Origin: a virus
Lineage: Duplodnaviria; Caudoviricetes
Virus record (IMG/VR): IMGVR_UViG_3300036793_000016
Location: 1-63,935 of that record
Strand: one strand, 5' to 3'
Length of the DNA stretch: 63,935 nt
The translations under genes and the position numbers were made by a program. Positions within the stretch are counted from its first letter, which is position 1. Each line of letters opens with the position of its first letter. The notes under the pieces were generated by a model. It did no database searches. It was not told where the DNA came from and saw only the letters and a list, made by a program, of their open reading frames with translations. Shown one piece after another: positions 15,996 to 26,373 of this stretch.

Positions 15996-16817
15996 ATGGA
16001 CGAGCCACTACTCGACCTAGTGGCCGTCGCATATCAGGCACCGAGTGAGACCGGAAACTTCCTGGGCTCGCTCAGCCACATCGACGTGCCTTTCACGATC
16101 ACGGTGATCGACAACAACTCGCCGGACCCCGCAGTGCGGCGCACCATCGAGGCAGCTCTGCCGGTCGTCAATGAGCAGAGCAACTGCCGGGCCGCTCGGG
16201 CGGTGTTCAACGCCGAGAACGTCGGCTACGCCCGAGCGGTCAACCAGGGGATGCTGGGCAGCCGGTCGCCCTACGCCGCCATCCTGAACTGCGACGTGGA
16301 GTTCCTGCCGTCTGAGTCGATGCGCACCATCGTGAAGCACTTCGAGGCCAACCCGGATGTCGGCGTGATCGGGCCGCGCACGCACGACTCGCAGGGCAAG
16401 CTCACGCACGCTGGGATCATCACCACGCCCGACCATCCCAGGAACCACCACCGGGGCTGGCAGCAAAGGGACGTTGGTCAGTATCGGGACACGATGGAGG
16501 TCAACACCGTCTCGGGAGCGACCTACTTCGTGCGCACGAGCATGTGGCACGGCCTGGCCGAGTGCCCGGACTACCTGATGGCCGCGCCCGACGCGGACGG
16601 GGCGTTCCTGCCGACGCCGCACTTCTTCGAGGAGACCTACTGCTCCTACCACGCCAGGCACCACGGCTGGAAGGTCGTCTACCTCGGCAACGTGGCCATG
16701 ATCCACCAGTGGCACCGATCCAGTCAGGTCGGCAGCAAGGCGTTCAAGGAGCCGCAGGAGATGTTCTTCAACGCCTGTCGACTGCACGGCATCGACATCA
16801 CCGGGGAGAAGCCATGA
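15996..16817 (+). CDS. Glycosyltransferase family 2
   Basis: VIDNNSPD, ENVGYARAVNQG, ILNCDVE, VSGATYFVR, FFEET. Confidence 0.9.
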   Translation: MDEPLLDLVAVAYQAPSETGNFLGSLSHIDVPFTITVIDNNSPDPAVRRTIEAALPVVNEQSNCRAARAVFNAENVGYARAVNQGMLGSRSPYAAILNCDVEFLPSESMRTIVKHFEANPDVGVIGPRTHDSQGKLTHAGIITTPDHPRNHHRGWQQRDVGQYRDTMEVNTVSGATYFVRTSMWHGLAECPDYLMAAPDADGAFLPTPHFFEETYCSYHARHHGWKVVYLGNVAMIHQWHRSSQVGSKAFKEPQEMFFNACRLHGIDITGEKP

Positions 16818-17059
16818 CCGCGCGCAAGGCCACCACGGCTGTCACTCAGGAGCAGATCAACCACCCGCAGCACTATGGCGGCGACACGGTGTACGAGGCC
16901 ATCAAGGTCATCGAGGCGTGGGCGCTGGGCTTCTGCCTGGGCAACGCGGTGAAGTACATCAGCCGGGCGGGCAAGAAGGACGCTGCCAAGGAGCTGGAAG
17001 ACCTCAAGAAGGCGCGGTGGTACCTCGACCGCGAGATCACCCGACTGGAGCAGGCGTGA
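16814..17059 (+). CDS. DUF3310-type protein
   Basis: INHPQHY...GFCLGNAVKYISRAGKK...EDLKKARWYLDREI. Confidence 0.9.
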   Translation: MTARKATTAVTQEQINHPQHYGGDTVYEAIKVIEAWALGFCLGNAVKYISRAGKKDAAKELEDLKKARWYLDREITRLEQA

Positions 17060-17670
17060 GAACTCAGGACTTGGAGTACGGCGAGGACTACTGGGAATCG
17101 CTAGACGGCGGAGCGGGCTATCGAGATTCGCCGGTATGGGAAGACCTCGCTCATGTTCTTCAAGAAGTGTTCGGCCACAACGGGCTCAGGATGCTGGATA
17201 TTGGCTGCGCTGCTGGCTATTTGGTTCATCACATGCGCCGTCGCGGCACGGAGAGCTTCGGTTGCGACATCAGTCGGTACGCCCTCGACATGGCGCCGGA
17301 GATTGTGCAGCCGTTCCTTACGCGCCTTGACCTGACGACGCCGGGCTCGATGGGACATCAGCCGCAGCTTCCGTTCGAGCTGGTCGTCTGCCTGGAGACT
17401 CTTGAGCACATCCCGGAGGATGCCCTCGACACTTGTCTCGCCAACATCGCTCGGGCCATGCCCGAAACCGGGTTGGCTTTCTTGAGCATCTGTCTCGACG
17501 ACGTGCCCGATTGGGGGAGCGATCCGACTCATATAACGATCCATTCCCGTTCCTGGTGGTTCGACCGGCTGACTGCCTTCGGCTTCACCCAACATGATGC
17601 AACTGTGAGGGAGCTTCGCAAGTACCGAATGTTCCGTGATCACAACGGACTCTTCGTGGTGTCGAAGTGA
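17056..17670 (+). CDS. Class I SAM-dependent methyltransferase
   Basis: GTGA overlap; MLDIGCAAG, GCDIS, CLETLEHI, DPTH. Confidence 0.88.
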   Translation: MRTQDLEYGEDYWESLDGGAGYRDSPVWEDLAHVLQEVFGHNGLRMLDIGCAAGYLVHHMRRRGTESFGCDISRYALDMAPEIVQPFLTRLDLTTPGSMGHQPQLPFELVVCLETLEHIPEDALDTCLANIARAMPETGLAFLSICLDDVPDWGSDPTHITIHSRSWWFDRLTAFGFTQHDATVRELRKYRMFRDHNGLFVVSK

Positions 17671-18365
17671 CCGTCCACTGCATCATGATGGTGCGAAACG
17701 AGATGGGCCGCTACCTGTCGAAGTCTCTTGCCAGCGGCCAGGCTGTTGCCGAAGCCGGTGGTGGTTATCTAATCGTCACCGATGACCACTCAACTGATGC
17801 GACCCGCGATGTAGTCCGTCGCTACACCTCGCTCCTCCAGGAAACAGACGAGCCTCTGTTCTGGAAACACGAGGGTCAGGCCCGCCAGCGGCACCTCGAC
17901 TACGCGGCGAACTGGATCAAAGACGGCGATTGGGTGCTGAGCCTGGATGCCGACGAGACGATCAACAAGCCCGAGCTGGTGGCCGAGATCGTCAAGCAGG
18001 CCAATCCGATCGACGACGCGGTGGGCATCCCGCTCTATGAGTTCTGGACGCCGACGCAATACCGAGTCGACGGCTGGTGGTTCGGCACCATGTCGAGTCG
18101 ACTGTTTCGGTACCGCACGGGTGGGAAGATGGCCGACAAGCAGATGGCCAGCGGCAGCGAGCCAACTTATGTTGCAGACTCGGTGTTCGCTGGGCGTTGG
18201 GTGAAACAGACGGACGTTCATTTGCTACATTGGGGCTATCTCAACCCGGTTGACCGGGAGCGCAAGTACCTCGCGTACTCCAAGCGTCTGGGTGGCCACG
18301 GGCATCACTCGATGCATGTGGACAGCATCATCAAGCAGCCCCAACTGAGGGAGTACCGAGGGTGA
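17667..18365 (+). CDS. Glycosyltransferase family 2
   Basis: MVRNE, DDHSTDAT, WVLSLDADE, LLHWGY. Confidence 0.85.
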   Translation: MTVHCIMMVRNEMGRYLSKSLASGQAVAEAGGGYLIVTDDHSTDATRDVVRRYTSLLQETDEPLFWKHEGQARQRHLDYAANWIKDGDWVLSLDADETINKPELVAEIVKQANPIDDAVGIPLYEFWTPTQYRVDGWWFGTMSSRLFRYRTGGKMADKQMASGSEPTYVADSVFAGRWVKQTDVHLLHWGYLNPVDRERKYLAYSKRLGGHGHHSMHVDSIIKQPQLREYRG

Positions 18366-19060
18366 TCGTCGTCGGCGCACCGGTCCACCAACGAGGCTGG
18401 ATACTTCGGGAGTGGTTCGACGCGCTGGCGGCGCAGACCTACGGCTCGGACAACCTGATCGTCCTGCTCAACTACGGCCAGAGCGACGACGACACCTTGC
18501 AGATCATCAACGATCAGATGGAAGACGGGCGCTTCCGCTCGGTCATCACCCTCGTCGACAAGTTCGCCGACCACCGGCCTGACCGGGCGTGGAACGAGGA
18601 GCGGTACGCCACGATGGTGCGTCTGCGCAACGACCTGCTGACCAAGGTGCGCGAAATCCAGCCGGACTACTACCTGAGCTGCGACACCGACATGCTCCTG
18701 CCGCCCGACTGCATCGACCAGCTCGTCAACGACATCGGCGACTTCGAGGCCATCGCGCCGCTGACCCACATGACGCCGCAGGGCCGGTGCCCCAACGCCT
18801 TCGGGCTCGACGGCCAGCGCATGAACCTGGTCAACGTCCACCAGGTCGAGCGGATGTTCGCCGTCTTCGGCACGGTGCTCATGACACCGACGATGTACCA
18901 GCAGACCGAGTACGCGGTTCACCGCCAGGGCGAGGACATCGGCTGGGCTGTCTCGGCCTGGGGAAAGCACCTTGATATGGCCATCGACCCGCACATCATG
19001 GTCAAGCACGTGATGAACCAGCAGATGCTCGGCGAGGTCGACATCCGAGTGGGCTTCTAG
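18362..19060 (+). CDS. GT-A fold glycosyltransferase
   Basis: MVRLRN, YLSCDTD (DxD), GEDIGW. Confidence 0.8.
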   Translation: MIVVGAPVHQRGWILREWFDALAAQTYGSDNLIVLLNYGQSDDDTLQIINDQMEDGRFRSVITLVDKFADHRPDRAWNEERYATMVRLRNDLLTKVREIQPDYYLSCDTDMLLPPDCIDQLVNDIGDFEAIAPLTHMTPQGRCPNAFGLDGQRMNLVNVHQVERMFAVFGTVLMTPTMYQQTEYAVHRQGEDIGWAVSAWGKHLDMAIDPHIMVKHVMNQQMLGEVDIRVGF

Positions 19061-19074
19061 CCGATCAAGCAGCT

Positions 19075-19470
19075 ATGACCGCTCCCATCGCGCCGACCGA
19101 GACCCCTATCGAGGTGGTCCAGGGTCAGACGTTCAACATGCGGGTCACGTGGACGGACAACCAGGCCACGCCGCAGCCGATCTCGCTGTCCGGTCGCCGG
19201 TCGGTCATGCAGATCAGAACCAAGCGCAGCTACACCGGCACGCTCATGGCGGACCTGGCTTCCGACGGCACCGACCCGGCGCTGACCAATGAGCCGTCGG
19301 GCGCCACGGGCCAGGTGCAGATTCGCATCCCGGCCACCGTCACGGCGTTGCTGACCAAGACGACCTACTACTACGACCTGTTCACAATCAGCGAGAGCGA
19401 CGTGACCGACGCAGTGCGGTTGGTCTTCGGCGCCGTCACTGTCTCACCCTCGGTGAGCAACCCGACATGA
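19075..19470 (+). CDS. Virion structural protein (Ig-like adaptor)
   Basis: VVQGQTF...YYYDL...RLVFGAVTVSPSV pattern of phage fibre-attachment proteins. Confidence 0.6.
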   Translation: MTAPIAPTETPIEVVQGQTFNMRVTWTDNQATPQPISLSGRRSVMQIRTKRSYTGTLMADLASDGTDPALTNEPSGATGQVQIRIPATVTALLTKTTYYYDLFTISESDVTDAVRLVFGAVTVSPSVSNPT

Positions 19471-19862
19471 GCGAGCCGGTCGTCAATGTGACGGTCCAGC
19501 TCCCGGCGCCCCAGCATGTCGTGGTCGAGCAGGACACGCCGAACAACGTCTCGCTCGTGCAGCCTTCCCAGGTCAACACGGTCAGCTCCTCGACGCAGAC
19601 GGTCGACGTTCAGCAGCTCGGCATCGTCGGGCAGACCGGAGCAACCGGCCCGCAGGGGCCACCGGGCACCAAGTTTGCCGAGCAGTATGAACTGACGAGC
19701 GTCAGTTCTTGGAACCATGCACATGACTTCGACTACTACCCGGTGGTGCGGCTGGTGCTGCCCAGTGGCCAGGAGGTCGAGACCGACATTGAGTACCCAG
19801 ACGCTCACACGGTCTATATCAGCTTCCCCACGCCGTTCACCGGCACGGTCATTCTGAGCTAG
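19467..19862 (+). CDS. Virion protein with short collagen-like segment
   Basis: GQTGATGPQGPPG; C-terminal H..DYYPVV...ISFPTPFTGTV. Confidence 0.65.
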   Translation: MSEPVVNVTVQLPAPQHVVVEQDTPNNVSLVQPSQVNTVSSSTQTVDVQQLGIVGQTGATGPQGPPGTKFAEQYELTSVSSWNHAHDFDYYPVVRLVLPSGQEVETDIEYPDAHTVYISFPTPFTGTVILS

Positions 19863-19914
19863 TTCGCGTCCGAAGACTCAGGGGACGCCACTCGACTGAG
19901 CTGAGGGATGATTC

Positions 19915-20739
19915 ATGGCTGCAAAGAGGTTTCTCTCGGGCATCGACAACGGTTCCCAGAAGATCACGAACCTTGCCGACGGCTCGTCTGCGACCGATGC
20001 CGTCAACCTCCAGCAGCTCCAGGCGTACGTCAAGGGTCTGACCTGGAAGCAGGCCGTCCGGGTCAAGGATGGTGGCTCCAACATCACGGTGGCCTCGCCG
20101 GGTGCCACGATCAACGGCGTCACGATGGCGACCAACGACCGCGTGCTGCTGGCCAATCAGACCACCGCCTCCGAGAACGGCATCTACGTCTGGAACGGCG
20201 CTGCGGTCGCCATGACCCGCGCTCTGGACGCGACCAGCTCGGGTGGCGCTCCGGACGGCGTGCAGACCCTGCTGGGCGGCATGACGGTCTACGTCGAGCA
20301 GGGCACGACCAACGCCGACACCGCATGGACCCTGACCACCGACGATCCGATCACGCCCGGCACCACGGCGCTCACCTTCGCCCAGCTCGGCGGTGGTACG
20401 ACCTACACCAACGGCAACGGCCTGAACCTGACCTCGGGCAGCTTCTCGATCAAGCTGCCCGCCAGCTCGGGCCTGATCGTGGACGGCACCGGCCTCTACC
20501 TCGACGTGACGATCGCGGTCAAGAAGTACGCGGTCAACGTTGGTGATGGCACCAGCACGGCGATCGTGATCACCCACAGCCTTGGCACCCGCGACGTGAT
20601 CGTGGCGCTGTACGAGATCGGCTCCTCGGCCTACTACGAGGTCGAGACCGACGTGGTGCACACCAGCACCACCACGTGCACGCTGAACTTCGCCGTCGCG
20701 CCTACCTCTGGCCAGTACCGCGCTGTGGTGCACGGCTAA
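19915..20739 (+). CDS. Fibre/decoration protein
   Basis: KITNLADGSSATDAVNLQQL trimer motif; DRVLLANQTTASENGIYVW; ITHSLGTRDV. Confidence 0.7.
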   Translation: MAAKRFLSGIDNGSQKITNLADGSSATDAVNLQQLQAYVKGLTWKQAVRVKDGGSNITVASPGATINGVTMATNDRVLLANQTTASENGIYVWNGAAVAMTRALDATSSGGAPDGVQTLLGGMTVYVEQGTTNADTAWTLTTDDPITPGTTALTFAQLGGGTTYTNGNGLNLTSGSFSIKLPASSGLIVDGTGLYLDVTIAVKKYAVNVGDGTSTAIVITHSLGTRDVIVALYEIGSSAYYEVETDVVHTSTTTCTLNFAVAPTSGQYRAVVHG

Positions 20740-21896
20740 TGCGGAAGGCGCTCGGCGCCCCACCGAGCGCCGCTAACGAGGAAGCCACCAAGGGCTATGT
20801 CGACGGTGCCGTCGTCACGCTCACGGCGGCGACCTACACCGCCAACAACCGCGACATCATCCTGGCCAACTGCGCAGGCAACAGCGTCACGGTCACGGTG
20901 CCGAACTCGGCTGGTGCACAGGTCACGGTCAAGCGGGTCGACAGCTCGACCACCAACACACTGACCGTCGTCGCCAGTTCCGGCACGATCGACGGCGACG
21001 CGAACGCCACCATCATCGGCAAGGAGACCTCGGCGGTCTTCGTCGGCGATGGGACGAACGTCCAAGTCGAGGCCGTCAGCGTTGCTCAGTATTCGCAGGC
21101 CACTCCGGCACCGACGGCCAGCACGGTCATGTCGCGCGACAGCAACGGTCGTTCCCAGGTCGCCACTCCGAGCGGCAGCAGCGACATCAGCACCAAGGGT
21201 TATGTCGACGGGCTGTTCTCCGCGCTTCCGACTGGCGTCGCGGCGCTGATCACGAACTGGGATACCGCGCTCTCGATCGTCTCGACTCCCTACGTCTCTG
21301 CGCCAAGTGCGACCGGCGCCCCGACCTTGATCTGGTACTACCAGGGCACCTGCTTTAGCCCTGACGGTGGCGGCACTTATATCCAGACCGTCACTGCTTA
21401 CAGCCGTCTCAGCGCGGCGGGCATGTTCCAGCGGTACTACACAGCAGGTGCCTGGCAAGCATGGGTCATGATCGGCGGTCCTCCTACGCTCCTGGCAGCG
21501 ACCTCGTTCCCCACGACACCGGCAACGGCAGCATGGACGGAGTGCTCGTTGGCGAGCATCGTTCAGCAGGGTTGCTTGGATCGCACGAGCGTTGCGAACT
21601 ACGGCCTTCTTTTGCCCCTGGCGGGTTGGTATGACTTCTTCCTGAGCGTCGCGTGGCCCGGCAATGCCACTGGTCGACGCATTGTCGGTGTCGGCCCTCA
21701 GGGTGGCACTTCGGCTATCGCCACCGATTACGACAACCGCACGGCGGCTGGTGCCGCTGGCATGAACCAAAACGTGCACATAGGTCCGCTCTACGTGAGC
21801 GCGTTGACCAACATGACCATGTGGATTTACCAGGACTCTGGCTCCGCACTCGTTCCCGCCGTCCTCCAGATGACCGCACAGCCGGTGAGTGCCTGA
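20739..21896 (+). CDS. Fibre protein A
   Basis: TAATG overlap; shared KRVDSS..GTIDGDANAT domain, TKGYVD motifs, knob-like and C1q-like C-terminus. Confidence 0.7.
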   Translation: MRKALGAPPSAANEEATKGYVDGAVVTLTAATYTANNRDIILANCAGNSVTVTVPNSAGAQVTVKRVDSSTTNTLTVVASSGTIDGDANATIIGKETSAVFVGDGTNVQVEAVSVAQYSQATPAPTASTVMSRDSNGRSQVATPSGSSDISTKGYVDGLFSALPTGVAALITNWDTALSIVSTPYVSAPSATGAPTLIWYYQGTCFSPDGGGTYIQTVTAYSRLSAAGMFQRYYTAGAWQAWVMIGGPPTLLAATSFPTTPATAAWTECSLASIVQQGCLDRTSVANYGLLLPLAGWYDFFLSVAWPGNATGRRIVGVGPQGGTSAIATDYDNRTAAGAAGMNQNVHIGPLYVSALTNMTMWIYQDSGSALVPAVLQMTAQPVSA

Positions 21897-23035
21897 TGCC
21901 CATAATCCAGCCAGTCTCCTTGCCGCTCAACACGGTCACCACGATCACCGCCAACGCGACCGGCGTGGATGGTCAGACCCTGTTGGCCAACTGCGCGGGC
22001 GGCAACATCACCGTCACCGTGCCGCACGCGACTGGTCAGCAAGTCACGGTCAAGCGCATCGACAGCTCAACCAACACGCTCACGATCGTGGCCGACTCGG
22101 GAACTATCGACGGCGATGCGAATGCGACGCTCGTCGGAATCGAGGCGGCGGCCACCTTCGTCGGCGACGGCACCAACGTGCAGATCAGAAGCGTCAATGG
22201 CACCCAGTACCAGAACACCTCGATCGCCGGTGTGGCCAACACCCTGGCCCTGCGCGACGGCTCTGGCCGCACCAAGTTCGTCGATCCCTCTGCTGCCCAG
22301 GATGCTGCGACCAAGAACTACGTCGACACTCGCGCGCTGCCGACTTCGGTCGTGAGCGCCTTCGTGGCCTCACTGACTCCGCACGCTCGCTATATGGCCT
22401 ATGCCAACTCGGGCTCCTTCAACATCAACCTGCCAGGCAGCCCGACGGCGGGCGACGAGTGGTACATCAGCAAGACCGACAACTCACTCAACGCGGTCGG
22501 CATCGTCACCCCGCTCGGCAGTCTCTCGTGGACATCGGGCGCGATTGTCGGCAACTACACGGGTGGCCTGAGCTTCCCCGGCGACGCGCTGCACATCTAC
22601 TACGACGGCACCTACTACTACTGGGAGTACAGCAGCGCGGCGGGGCCCTACCTGCCCTGGACGCCCACGCTTATTCAGAACGGCGCGGCGCTGACCAAGA
22701 CGGTCAACTTCGCTCGGTACAACCGCATCGGTGGACGTGTGCACGCCTACTGCCAGGTGACCCCGACTCAGGCCGGGTCGGTCGGCATCATCACGCTCTC
22801 GTTCCCGGTTCAGCCAGCGAACGCCGCCCAACCGCTCAACGGCCAGTTCTGGTGGCTCCGTGGCGCGCACTACAGCGGCTTCCCGAGCGTGTTCGGGTCG
22901 GTCGGTTCCTATACCGTCATTGGCATTGGCTCGAACCCCAGCGCGCCGACCACCACGGCTATGGGCGCCGGTCTTCCCGCATTGGCCATCGTCTCCGGGG
23001 ACACCCTCGGCTACTCGATCATCTACGAGGGGTAG
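21896..23035 (+). CDS. Fibre protein B
   Basis: TGATG overlap; same N-domain; DAATKNYVD; C-terminal WTPTL...ARYNRIG domain. Confidence 0.7.
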   Translation: MPIIQPVSLPLNTVTTITANATGVDGQTLLANCAGGNITVTVPHATGQQVTVKRIDSSTNTLTIVADSGTIDGDANATLVGIEAAATFVGDGTNVQIRSVNGTQYQNTSIAGVANTLALRDGSGRTKFVDPSAAQDAATKNYVDTRALPTSVVSAFVASLTPHARYMAYANSGSFNINLPGSPTAGDEWYISKTDNSLNAVGIVTPLGSLSWTSGAIVGNYTGGLSFPGDALHIYYDGTYYYWEYSSAAGPYLPWTPTLIQNGAALTKTVNFARYNRIGGRVHAYCQVTPTQAGSVGIITLSFPVQPANAAQPLNGQFWWLRGAHYSGFPSVFGSVGSYTVIGIGSNPSAPTTTAMGAGLPALAIVSGDTLGYSIIYEG

Positions 23036-23038
23036 ACC

Positions 23039-24583
23039 GTGCCCGTCATCTACTCACCAAATCTGACGCCCGTCCATTCCGGCGTGCTGGTCACGGCGGC
23101 GACCTACTCAGCCTCGGACGGCCAGATCATTCGGGCTGACTGCACGAGCAACAACATCACCATCACGGTTCCGAACAATGCGATGGCCACGGTGGTCATC
23201 AAGCGCATCGACTCCAGCGCCAACACTCTCACGGTGGTGGCCAGCTCGGGCCTCATTGACGGCGATGCCAACGCGACGATGAATGGTGCCCAGGTTGCGG
23301 CGACCTTCATTGGCGATGGGACGAACGTCGAAATCAGCTCGGTCTACGGCACCTCGACCGGGACCGCGCTGCCGTTTACCTGGAAGGGCGCCTGGACCAA
23401 CAACACGAGCTATCTGGCCGGTGACGTGGTGTATTACACCTCGACTAGCAATGGCCGCGTCCTCTACCAGGCACTCAATAGCATCACCGCAGCCGTGCTG
23501 CCCGCAACCAACAAGAACCCGCTGTCCGACACAGCCAACTGGCTGCCGCTGAGCTACAACGCCCCAACTCGAATGGCCGAGACCGAGTGGTCCTATCCGA
23601 CCCTCCAGAACTCCTGGGTGAACTACGACAACGGGTGGAGCTATCCGCCCGCCCGCTACAGGCAGGATCGGTACGGCAAGATGCGCCTGTCCGGCCTGAT
23701 CGCTGGCGGCACCAGCACGCTCACCATCATGTCGGTCCCTAGTAACCTCGCGCCCGAGAACGCCATGTTGTTCACCGTCGCGGCCAACGGTGGCACCGCC
23801 CAGATCACCGTGCTCCCGAGTGGCGCGATCTACTGTTCGAGCTACACCAACGGTGGCACGAATGCCTACGTGAGCCTGGAGGAAATCTCCTGGTTCCCAG
23901 CCGGGACGATTACCTGGACCTATCCGACACTGCTCAATAGCTGGGTGAACTACAGCGCGTCGTCCTACGGCCAGGCGCGCTACTACATCGACCCTGATGG
24001 TGTCGTGCACTGGGACGGCCTCATCGCAAGCGGTGCCATCACCTCGTCGATTGCGACACTCCCCACCGCAGCGGCCACAGATGGCAGCAGTGAGCAAATG
24101 TGGGCCTCGGGTTGCGCTGCCGGGGTCGCGCGCATCGACGTGACTACGACCAACGTCTTCGTCTCGGCCTACAGCACGAGCGGCAATAACGGCTACCTGA
24201 GCCTGACTCAGTTGGAGTACCCAGGGGCCGGTCACTCGCTGACCTGGCACACCTGTTCGACGGCCTATCTGAACTCCTGGGTGAGCTACGGTGCGCCGTT
24301 CTCGGCAGCGCGTTTCTGCAAGTCCCCCTCCGGCCTCGTCTATTGGGATGGACTCATCAAGCTCGGGACATCTGGTGGTGGGTCTCCCATGACTGGACCA
24401 GTCCCTCCCGGTTTCCGGGGTGGCTATGGGAGTCAAATCTATATGTCCATCGCCGGAAACTTCGCCGCGCGGGTTGATGCGCTCTATGCCAGTGGGTCAA
24501 TCGCCTTGATCGCTTTTCTCGTCACGGGTGGGACTAACGGCTTCGTCAGTCTCAACAACGTGCGCTACCTCGCGGAGGGCTGA
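23039..24583 (+). CDS. Fibre protein C
   Basis: Same N-domain; WKGAW...YLAGDVV; three repeats of L.NSWV.Y...ARY...GLI..G. Confidence 0.7.
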   Translation: MPVIYSPNLTPVHSGVLVTAATYSASDGQIIRADCTSNNITITVPNNAMATVVIKRIDSSANTLTVVASSGLIDGDANATMNGAQVAATFIGDGTNVEISSVYGTSTGTALPFTWKGAWTNNTSYLAGDVVYYTSTSNGRVLYQALNSITAAVLPATNKNPLSDTANWLPLSYNAPTRMAETEWSYPTLQNSWVNYDNGWSYPPARYRQDRYGKMRLSGLIAGGTSTLTIMSVPSNLAPENAMLFTVAANGGTAQITVLPSGAIYCSSYTNGGTNAYVSLEEISWFPAGTITWTYPTLLNSWVNYSASSYGQARYYIDPDGVVHWDGLIASGAITSSIATLPTAAATDGSSEQMWASGCAAGVARIDVTTTNVFVSAYSTSGNNGYLSLTQLEYPGAGHSLTWHTCSTAYLNSWVSYGAPFSAARFCKSPSGLVYWDGLIKLGTSGGGSPMTGPVPPGFRGGYGSQIYMSIAGNFAARVDALYASGSIALIAFLVTGGTNGFVSLNNVRYLAEG

Positions 24584-26343
24584 TGCCAATCCTTACCGGC
24601 CCTCGCGCCATTGCGATCAACGTCAAGTGCCGCGTCAGCATTACGACGGCCTACACCTTCCCTGCTGGGATCGTGAAGTTTGCCAACATTGACGTCGACT
24701 CGCACGGTGCCTACAACGCGGCTCTCGGGGCATGGACATGCCCGGTCGCTGGCACCTATCTGGTCACCGCCGCGCTCAAGGATGGCTCTGTCGCCTCGGC
24801 GATGACGGTCTTCATCTGGAAGAACGGCGCGCAGTACATCATGAGCGGCAACACCTCGTCGCAATCCTTCGCGGGCAACTCGGCGACCGCCGTCATGGAC
24901 CTCGCGGTCGGCGACTACATCCAGATCGTCACTCAGGCAGTTACGGCGGCTCAGCTCGACACCCCCGCCGTTGGCAACTACCTGCACATCCAGTTCCTGG
25001 GTGGTCAGACGCTCACCAATGTCGGGTCAGGGAGCACACCCGGCACGGTGATGATGCGGGATGCAAACGGACGAGCGTCTGTTGCCGATCCGTCGGCGAG
25101 CACCGACATCGCCACCCGCAACTACGTGGACGCCAAGTACAAGGGCCCTTATATCCCAGGTAGCGCCTACAGCCGAGGCGACCAGGTGGACTATCGCGGC
25201 ACGCGCTACATTGCTGCGCTCGATCTTCCCGCCTACAGCACCGCCCCCACCCTGATCACCAGCTTCTCCTCCAGCGGCACGACGGGTGGTGCGTTCTTCG
25301 GCACGGTCGCCGTACCGGCTGGCACGGCTGCGGGCGACACGGTGATCATGACGCTGGCCAGTACCACGGCGCTCACCTTCACGCTCCGGCTGGCTGGCTG
25401 GCGTCAAGTCTGGCGCGGTGTCACTTCGACGCCGAACCTGTTCAACCTGGTGCTCACGCATGTCGTCACTGCGGGCGAGGTCACGGCTGGCAACTTCGGG
25501 CTCGGTTTCACGGCAGCCAATGGCCAGCAGAGCATCGAGATGTTCGTCTTCCGTGGCGTGTTCGACATCGACTGGGCGAACGTCCGGGCGGCTTCGGGAG
25601 CTAATGCGGCTGGCACCACGGACACCGTGGTTCCCGCGACAACCGGTGCGACTCAGGCGCCGATGTTCGTTATGACTGCCGCCTTCTTTGGTGCCAGCAC
25701 CGTCAATGCGATCAACTACATCCCGGCTGCCACCGCCTCTGGCTCCACCGGCACCCAGACCGACAGCGGCATGGCCTACTCCTCGCACACTCCAGGCACC
25801 ACGATCAACACCCAGAACATCCAGGCGACCTGGACGACCAACGGCGCGAACGCCTACTCGGTGGCGATCATCCCGCTCCTCGTCACCTACGTCGCACCCG
25901 GCACTTTCGGCTACTGGGTGGCGATTGGCAACGTCGATGTGAGCGTCTGTCGCTTCCGGGCCCAGATGCAGAGCACGACGGCGGGTACGAACATCGCGGT
26001 CAGCTCCATCACCACCGACAACGGCGGTTCGTCCACCCAGGGTGACCCTCTCTACGGGCTCGGCTGGGATTCGATCCACAGCTACTGGGTGTGTCCTCAA
26101 TCGGGCGTCTATGACCTCGACTGGCTGATCGGCAATCACTCCAGCCTTGCCACTTCACTGAACGTCTACGTGAGCAGCGTGCTGGTCTACACATCGAATG
26201 CCGTTGCGTCCCTTAGTGCGTACGCGCTTTCTCAGATGCTTGAGCTGAACTACGGCGATGTGGTGGCGATCCAAACGTCAGCCTCGTTGGGCGTGACGGC
26301 AGGCAATCACTACTTCACCATGAAGCGCATTGGGCCGCTATAG
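24583..26343 (+). CDS. Fibre protein D
   Basis: C1q-like WTCPVAGTYLV and WVCPQSGVYDL domains; RDANGR...DIATRNYVD. Confidence 0.7.
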   Translation: MPILTGPRAIAINVKCRVSITTAYTFPAGIVKFANIDVDSHGAYNAALGAWTCPVAGTYLVTAALKDGSVASAMTVFIWKNGAQYIMSGNTSSQSFAGNSATAVMDLAVGDYIQIVTQAVTAAQLDTPAVGNYLHIQFLGGQTLTNVGSGSTPGTVMMRDANGRASVADPSASTDIATRNYVDAKYKGPYIPGSAYSRGDQVDYRGTRYIAALDLPAYSTAPTLITSFSSSGTTGGAFFGTVAVPAGTAAGDTVIMTLASTTALTFTLRLAGWRQVWRGVTSTPNLFNLVLTHVVTAGEVTAGNFGLGFTAANGQQSIEMFVFRGVFDIDWANVRAASGANAAGTTDTVVPATTGATQAPMFVMTAAFFGASTVNAINYIPAATASGSTGTQTDSGMAYSSHTPGTTINTQNIQATWTTNGANAYSVAIIPLLVTYVAPGTFGYWVAIGNVDVSVCRFRAQMQSTTAGTNIAVSSITTDNGGSSTQGDPLYGLGWDSIHSYWVCPQSGVYDLDWLIGNHSSLATSLNVYVSSVLVYTSNAVASLSAYALSQMLELNYGDVVAIQTSASLGVTAGNHYFTMKRIGPL

Positions 26344-26373
26344 ACGCCCGTCCGAATCGCCGATGGAGGAATC

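Noticed and set aside
20739-26343. Diversity-generating retroelement or invertible shufflon acting on the fibres
   Set aside because: No reverse transcriptase, no adenine-specific TR/VR pair, no recombinase or inverted cassettes seen in the window.
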